Shown: positions 58,847-64,000 of the stretch, piece after piece
How positions within the stretch are numbered: the first letter of the stretch is position 1
Layout: every line of letters begins with the position of its first letter
Origin: Candidatus Doudnabacteria bacterium
GTDB taxonomy: Bacteria; Patescibacteriota; Doudnabacteria; UBA920; O2-02-FULL-48-8
DNA length: 64,000 nucleotides
Reading direction: 5' to 3'
Assembly: GCA_037200925.1 (NCBI GenBank)
Contig: JBBCGO010000001.1
Coordinates: forward strand, 73,552-137,551
The notes under the pieces: model-generated
Database searches by the model: none
Told to the model about the DNA's origin: nothing
Seen by the model: only the letters and a program-made list of their open reading frames with translations
Position numbers and translations under genes: made by a program

Positions 58847-60622
58847 ATGGCTAATATGGAACGAAATCAAAAATCTCTCGCGGTAGTAATCCTGATGCTT
58901 ATCTTCACTGTTTGGTTTTTGCATAACACCAAATTGGATTTTCATTTGATCTTCCAAAAAGACCTTCTGGCGCAGGATGAGTCTTCCAATTCCGTGGTCG
59001 AAGCCAACATTACGCGCAAATTTTTTCCGCCCATGGTTCGGGTCAATCCGCTGAATGAACAGCAGGGGAACTGGATGGAAGGACCTTACTGGCAGCATAT
59101 CCCGCCCCTGTTTGCATATGTGCCTTATTTATTTTTTAAACTTGACGGGCAGGTGACGATAGAGGTCAAAAGATTATCTTATGCGTTTGTAGTTTTGCTC
59201 ACAGGCTTTTTGTTCATCTGGAGCATTTATCGGTTCAAAAAAAGTTTGCTCGCAGCCGGGGCTGCAGCCTTGGCAGCATTTTTTTGGATCAGCACGCCTT
59301 TCACGCAGGAACTGATCACAGGTTATGCATTTGGGGTGTCAGATATTGTTTTGGCGTTCACCGCAGTCTGCGGATTTTCTGCAGTTCTTTGGTATCTGGA
59401 AAGAGAGCGGGAAGAACGCATTAATTATCCTTTTTGGAAACTAGCTGCTATCGGTTTGATCGTTGCTTTGCCGATCATGGCCAAAAACATACTTGGGGCA
59501 ATACCGGGCGCCGCATTTTTTGGCTTGCTTTTGTGGGATAGGAAAATGATCGACAAAAAAGTTCTTGCTGCAGCCGGCTCGTTTCTGGTTTTTTTGGCGC
59601 TTTATTTTCTGCCCCTATATTTCGCCTCGCCGCAAACTTTCAAAATAGAATTCTTAGTTTCATTCCTGCATTTCAAGCAGTTGGAAGGATGGGGCAGGCC
59701 CTGGCATTGGTATGTGACGAATTATCTGCCGCAAAGATACTTGGGGCGCTGGACATGGGTTTATTATCTTGGGCTGATGCTTGGAGTGATCTTAAATTAT
59801 AAATTTGAAATTATAGATCGCAAAGACAGGATTCTTCTCTGGCTGTCCGGCGGCTGGTTTATTTGGAATTTAGTCGCAATTTCCTTGGTCACGTCCAAAG
59901 TCCCGAATTTTATTTACCAAAGCTATTTGTTCAGTTTATTTTTTGTAATTTACGCCATACTCGCATTTGCGAGGAGGGCAGCGACGCGGCAATCGGCTCT
60001 CGGCAGGATAGAGGGAGCTCCGCAGTTTAGACTGCCACGCCTCGCAAGCGAGGCTCGCAGATTCGTAAACAAAGCGATAGTCGCTGGTTTGATTTTATCA
60101 ATGCTTGCAACCGCCTATGAAAGCGTCAGATTTATCCAGCAATTCAAGGTACAGCGCGCGCAAGCCTACGATTATCAGACCGAGCACGAGAAATTTTATC
60201 AAACCGCGGAAGAACTGCGGACTATGGGATTGAACACAAAGGATTTAATTATCGTCCGCGTTTCTGACAATGATTGCTGGTTCCGCTACTATCCGCTGTT
60301 TTTGACAGGCACAGAGTCAAAAACTCTGCTTGAGATGAATTTTGGTTATGATCCCGATGCCATCAAGCAGCAATATTCGCGCATGTTTTTTGTGGAAAAT
60401 AAATCAGAGCCCGACTTTAACGAAAACCGCCGGATAGAATTAGCCGATTATTCGCTGCTTGAATTTGATCTGGGCCAGCTGAACCCCGGCCAAATAAAAG
60501 CATTGGTTGATTCATTTGTCAGTTTTCATGCTCAGGACATCCAGCAGGATATTTTACGCATAAAAAAAGACAAGACCTCTTGCCAGTGGCTGGTTCCTGA
60601 TCCGATATTGAACGCCCCGTGA
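58847..60622 (+). CDS. Polytopic membrane protein, GT-C (ArnT/PMT-like) glycosyltransferase
   Basis: DE pair after TM1, HIPPLF, PWHWY, many TM helices. Confidence 0.65.
   Translation: MANMERNQKSLAVVILMLIFTVWFLHNTKLDFHLIFQKDLLAQDESSNSVVEANITRKFFPPMVRVNPLNEQQGNWMEGPYWQHIPPLFAYVPYLFFKLDGQVTIEVKRLSYAFVVLLTGFLFIWSIYRFKKSLLAAGAAALAAFFWISTPFTQELITGYAFGVSDIVLAFTAVCGFSAVLWYLEREREERINYPFWKLAAIGLIVALPIMAKNILGAIPGAAFFGLLLWDRKMIDKKVLAAAGSFLVFLALYFLPLYFASPQTFKIEFLVSFLHFKQLEGWGRPWHWYVTNYLPQRYLGRWTWVYYLGLMLGVILNYKFEIIDRKDRILLWLSGGWFIWNLVAISLVTSKVPNFIYQSYLFSLFFVIYAILAFARRAATRQSALGRIEGAPQFRLPRLASEARRFVNKAIVAGLILSMLATAYESVRFIQQFKVQRAQAYDYQTEHEKFYQTAEELRTMGLNTKDLIIVRVSDNDCWFRYYPLFLTGTESKTLLEMNFGYDPDAIKQQYSRMFFVENKSEPDFNENRRIELADYSLLEFDLGQLNPGQIKALVDSFVSFHAQDIQQDILRIKKDKTSCQWLVPDPILNAP
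59962..60065. repeat. Nested palindromic element, copy 2, in frame inside the GT-C gene
   Basis: ATTTGCGAGGAG..GCGACG..GCAATC..AGACTGCCACGC-[CTCGC-AA-GCGAG]-GCTCGCAGATTCG; matches 21710-21790. Confidence 0.8.
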
Positions 60623-60623
60623 T

Positions 60624-60893
60624 CTATTCTTCAGTAACCTTATCGATAAAGCAATATTTCCAATGCTCTCCCGGCTGAAATGACCTGATCACCGGGTGTT
60701 TGGTTTTTTGGAAATGCTTGGTCGCGTGCTTGTTTTTTGACTGGTCACAGCAGCCGACATGGCCGCAAGTCAGGCAAAGCCGCAGATGAACCCATTCATC
60801 CCCGGATTTGAGGCATTCCTCACATCCTTCGGGAGTTTTGGGAACAACATCGTCGTTTGCAACCTCCAGATGTTTGCAAGTATCCATAATCAT
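60624..60893 (-). CDS. UBP-type zinc finger protein
   Basis: CEECL, WVHLRLCLTCGHVGCCD, HATKHF, W.YCF.D. Confidence 0.92.
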   Translation of the reverse strand: MIMDTCKHLEVANDDVVPKTPEGCEECLKSGDEWVHLRLCLTCGHVGCCDQSKNKHATKHFQKTKHPVIRSFQPGEHWKYCFIDKVTEE

Positions 60894-60960
60894 TGCTTTT
60901 ACTTGGAATTTTGTTTAAAAATCCAATTGATTTCTTACAGGATTATTTTAGCATAATATT

Positions 60961-61146
60961 ATGGCAAAGTACGGAAAAAAAGCCCAACAAAAAGTCAAGC
61001 GCGCCATCCATGAATTCAAAAGAGGCGAGCTTGAATCCGGAGTGTCGGGAAGAAAAGTAAAAAGCCGAAAGCAGGCGATCGCTATCGGTCTTTCTGAGGC
61101 GCGAAAAAGAGGAGCAAAAGTTCCCGCGCCAAAATCCCGCGGTTAG
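60961..61146 (+). CDS. Small basic protein (DUF6496-like)
   Basis: KVKRAIHEFKRGEL.SG..GRKVKSRKQAIAIGLSEAR. Confidence 0.85.
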   Translation: MAKYGKKAQQKVKRAIHEFKRGELESGVSGRKVKSRKQAIAIGLSEARKRGAKVPAPKSRG

Positions 61147-61172
61147 ACATTTCCGAATATCCTCAAGCATTG

Positions 61173-61201
61173 TTGACGCTGCTTGGGTCAACTGCTATAT
61201 T
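61173..61201 (+). promoter_or_regulatory. Putative sigma70 promoter
   Basis: TTGACG-17 nt-TATATT. Confidence 0.55.
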
Positions 61202-61231
61202 TTGCGTGAAAGCTTTTTGAGGGAGGGCGGC

Positions 61232-61426
61232 ATGGCACAGATGCACTCGCCATTTCAAAACAAAGGAAGGATTAAGAAAGGCACGCCAAAAAAAACAAGC
61301 TCAAGGCCGCCCCATCAGCAGTCCCGGCGGCCGGATCAGCGAGGGTATGCTGCAGATCGAAGAGCCAACTGCGCGTCCCCCAGCCGCGGGAAGCACCAGA
61401 TGCTTCGAAAAGCTTCAGCCGCGTAG
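61232..61426 (+). CDS. Orphan basic, disordered small protein
   Basis: GGGAGG SD; hairpin GCATCCG..CGGATGC + TTTTTCTTTTT at 61499-61530. Confidence 0.5.
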   Translation: MAQMHSPFQNKGRIKKGTPKKTSSRPPHQQSRRPDQRGYAADRRANCASPSRGKHQMLRKASAA

Positions 61427-61562
61427 CACATGTTCACACAGGCGGCGGAGTGCGGTAACTTTTCGAGCCGCAGGAGAGCGGAAACACATAACAACCAGGC
61501 ATCCGGCGCTATCGGATGCTTTTTCTTTTTGCTATAATCACAAAGCAATTAATCATATTCTT

Positions 61563-62321
61563 ATGGAAACTAATATCAAACCATGGCTTTGGCAGACTTT
61601 AGCGGTTTTATTGAGCTTGTTTTTGGCTTTAATCGTCGTGGATAAACTTTATGCTGTTTATCAGGATTTTCATCCCTCCGTTTCGAAAAATACGATCTCT
61701 ATGGCCGCGGACGGAAAGGCTTCGGCAGCGCCTGACCTGGCCACGATCAATATCGGGGTTATTTCCAGCGGTTCAACCGCCAAGCAAGTGCAGGATGATA
61801 TGACCGCGAAAGCGAACAGCATCACGGATTTCGCAAAACAGCAGGGGATCGATCCAAAAGACATCACAACTTCCAATTTCAGCGTTTCTCCGACCTATGA
61901 TTATCAGAACGGTAAAAATACGATCAACGGCTATCAGGGCAACCAGAGCATCACCGTGAAGGTCCACGGAGTGGACAAATCTACCGATACGCTGAGCAAG
62001 ATCTTGGGTGGGGCTGCGACCAATGGCAGTAATCAGATCCAGGGCGTATCGTTCAGTTTTGAAGATCCGGATAACCTGAAACAGCAGGCCCGCCTTATGG
62101 CAGTGGCTAAAGCCAGGGCGAATGCCCAGGACTTGGCTTCGGCCTCCGGGTTAACGCTGGGGAAAGTTATCAGCATCTCGGAAGGCAGTTCAAATATCCC
62201 GGGCCCGATCCCGTACGGCATAAGCCCGGGAGTAGCTGCTGATGTCAAATCATTGCCTACGATCGAGCCCGGCAGCCAGGATGTAACAGTTACCGTAAAT
62301 GTTACGTTTGAAATAAAATAA
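61563..62321 (+). CDS. SIMPL (DUF541) domain protein
   Basis: PDLATINIGV, DITTSNFSVSPTY, AVAKARANA, LGKVISISE, IEPGSQ. Confidence 0.92.
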   Translation: METNIKPWLWQTLAVLLSLFLALIVVDKLYAVYQDFHPSVSKNTISMAADGKASAAPDLATINIGVISSGSTAKQVQDDMTAKANSITDFAKQQGIDPKDITTSNFSVSPTYDYQNGKNTINGYQGNQSITVKVHGVDKSTDTLSKILGGAATNGSNQIQGVSFSFEDPDNLKQQARLMAVAKARANAQDLASASGLTLGKVISISEGSSNIPGPIPYGISPGVAADVKSLPTIEPGSQDVTVTVNVTFEIK

Positions 62322-62333
62322 TTAACTGGATTT

Positions 62334-62486
62334 ATGGAAAAACATTATGTCTGTCCGGTTTGCGGCGGTGTATCATCTACGCCCAAGAATTGTGATACCC
62401 AGGGCTGCTCCTTAAAAGGACAACCCATGAGGCTTTGCACTTGCACGGACGGCAAGCATGAAGCCGTTATCAGCGACCAGCTTTAG
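62334..62486 (+). CDS. Small Cys-rich protein (50 aa), below the ORF-track cutoff
   Basis: MEKHYVCPVCGGVSSTPKNCDTQGCSLKGQPMRLCTCTDGKHEAVISDQL; fills the gap exactly. Confidence 0.7.
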   Translation: MEKHYVCPVCGGVSSTPKNCDTQGCSLKGQPMRLCTCTDGKHEAVISDQL

Positions 62487-62488
62487 GC

Positions 62489-63046
62489 ATGGAGAATCGG
62501 GAAATTGAGGTTAAATTTTTAGAGATCGACAAAGCTGTTTTGATTGAAAGACTTTTGGATTTGGGATCTCAAGACCTGGGCGAGGAGCTAATTACCGAGC
62601 AGATCTTTTATGACAAGGAAAAAAAATGGATCAGTGAACATAAGTTTATCCGCATCCGCACAACCGGCAAGGGAATTTTTCTTACATATAAGCACAAGGA
62701 AGACAGGACTGCCACAGGCACTCTTGAGATAGAATTTCAAATAAATGAGCCGGGGAAAGCCTCTGCTTTTTTGACAGCGTTGGATCTGGTCATGTTCAGA
62801 ACCCAGGAAAAAAAAAGGCACAAATTCAAGCTTGGAGATATAACCGTCGATATCGACACATGGCCTAAAATCCCGACGTATGTGGAGCTTGAGGGCCCTA
62901 CAGAGGAGGCAATCATGGATGCATCAAAAAAATTAGGCTTTGATTGGAGCAAAGGAGTTTTCGGCACCGCCGCGTACATAATCGAAGAGGTTTACAATAT
63001 ACCGGTTCGTCAGCTGCGTTATTTTACTTTTGACCGCACGGAATAA
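62489..63046 (+). CDS. CYTH domain protein (class IV adenylate cyclase-like)
   Basis: EIEVKF (ExExK), IRIR, LTYK, EKKR, YVELE. Confidence 0.88.
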   Translation: MENREIEVKFLEIDKAVLIERLLDLGSQDLGEELITEQIFYDKEKKWISEHKFIRIRTTGKGIFLTYKHKEDRTATGTLEIEFQINEPGKASAFLTALDLVMFRTQEKKRHKFKLGDITVDIDTWPKIPTYVELEGPTEEAIMDASKKLGFDWSKGVFGTAAYIIEEVYNIPVRQLRYFTFDRTE

Positions 63047-63086
63047 AAAAAAGCGCGAGCTTTATGCTCAGCGCTTCTTAAGTATT

Positions 63087-63357
63087 ATGAAGCATTTTGC
63101 TATAAGGATTTACGGCCAAGTGCAGGGGATAAATTTTCGTTGGAACGCCCGGAAGCAGGCGGAAAAATTAAAGATCACCGGCTATGTCAAAAACCTGCCG
63201 GACGGCTCAGTTTTGCTGGAAGCGGAAGGAGAGCCGGCAGGCCTCGCAGAACTGGTTAAATGGTGCAAAAAAGGCCCTTGGCTGGCAAAAGTGGGGGTCT
63301 GTGGAGGTTGTTGAAGGGCCGATCCTGGGTTATAATAATTTTGAAATTAAATCTTGA
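63087..63357 (+). CDS. acyP: Acylphosphatase (+1 frameshift in G-run ~63293-63297)
   Basis: GQVQGINFR, GYVKNLPDGSV, GP; removing one G gives KVGSVEV..FEIKS. Confidence 0.88.
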
Positions 63358-63359
63358 AC

Positions 63360-63771
63360 ATGAAACAAAACATCAAAAGGCCTATTTATTTGATCGCGTT
63401 CACTTTTTTGGGATTTTTGCTGGGATTATTGATCGAAGCCATAGTCGAGTTTTATTATACAACCCTGCTCTTGGCGGACTTCAACCGCTACAGCTTTGGT
63501 TTGAGCTGGGCGGATCTGACCCAGATCCGGGATTTTTTTGCGGTGCTGGTCTTCCTCGCAAGCGCTTGGTGGGGATACCGCGCAGGCATATATTGGTGGC
63601 ATCAAATTTACGAACTAAATAAGTACGGGAGCAAGCAATGGTTTAAAAGGGACTACACGAAAAAACTGGGTTTGGTTTACGTGATCGCGATAATCGCGGC
63701 AATCCTTTTCGTTTATGTAAGCTCAAACAGCGAACTTACAGGAAATAATCCCGCTAAATATATCAACAACC
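63360..63771 (+). CDS. Membrane protein; 3' boundary uncertain, may be fused to the downstream YbhB/YbcL domain
   Basis: Three hydrophobic segments; removing one C at ~63750 puts it in frame with MKITS. Confidence 0.5.
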
Positions 63772-64000
63772 ATGAAAATCACCAGCACTTCGTTTACCGA
63801 GGGGGGCAATATTCCCGAAAAATATACCTGTAAAAATCCCAATCCTGTCAATCCGGAATTGAAATTTTCCGGGGTGCCGCTTGAGACGAAAAGTCTGGCT
63901 TTGGTCCTGCATGATCCTGATGCGCCGGTAGCCGGCGGATTTACGCACTGGGTAGTTTATGACATGCCGCCCCAGACCCGGATGATCGCGGAAAATTCCG
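63772..64000 (+). CDS. YbhB/YbcL (PEBP/Raf kinase inhibitor-like) protein, runs off the window
   Basis: MKITSTSF..IPEKYTC, SLALVLHDPDAP, FTHWVVY. Confidence 0.9.
   Translation, partial: MKITSTSFTEGGNIPEKYTCKNPNPVNPELKFSGVPLETKSLALVLHDPDAPVAGGFTHWVVYDMPPQTRMIAENS

Noticed and set aside
1-64000. UGA recoding (genetic code 25)
   Set aside because: Many genes end at TGA right before the next gene (8913, 20636, 28517), and conserved Gly/Trp positions use standard codons.

Overview
Bacterial chromosomal segment using the standard genetic code (TGA is used as a stop). It is most likely from a Patescibacteria/CPR genome, inferred from the sigma70-r4/HTH + membrane protein + VirD4-like ATPase trio, TrmB, the ApbE/RnfD-FNR module and SD-less core genes. 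Layout: 1-10 kb is an accessory surface locus (carbamoyltransferase, two SGNH hydrolases, Cys-less His-rich cupredoxins fused to or split from a Cys/His-rich domain, TPR protein, BshA-like GT). 11-18.7 kb is the most striking region: three gene pairs, each a membrane-anchored partner plus a secreted protein with a hypervariable 8-Cys + 6-Cys tip, Tyr-rich YSQxxY hexapeptide repeats, FN3 and DUF11-like domains and a conserved C-terminal PxxxEVxP. DsbA is embedded in the locus, and copies 2 and 3 share a ~1-kb near-identical constant region. 19-64 kb is mostly housekeeping: glycosyltransferases, murG/murC, hpf, a speA/dhs/speB-like polyamine locus, secA, metK, secDF, mnmA, hppA, tRNA-Gln, a flavinylation module, GSII and a DEAD helicase. 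Other notable signals: palindromic elements inserted in frame inside genes (murC, a membrane GT); a SAM-I riboswitch separated from metK by an antisense orphan gene; a recurring cassette-like class of orphan genes (GGAGG SD, hairpin + TTTTCTTTT); and a candidate ncRNA at ~57.1-57.3 kb. Many +1 frameshifts at short base runs from 40.6 kb onward are probably sequencing errors. All calls are by eye, without database searches.
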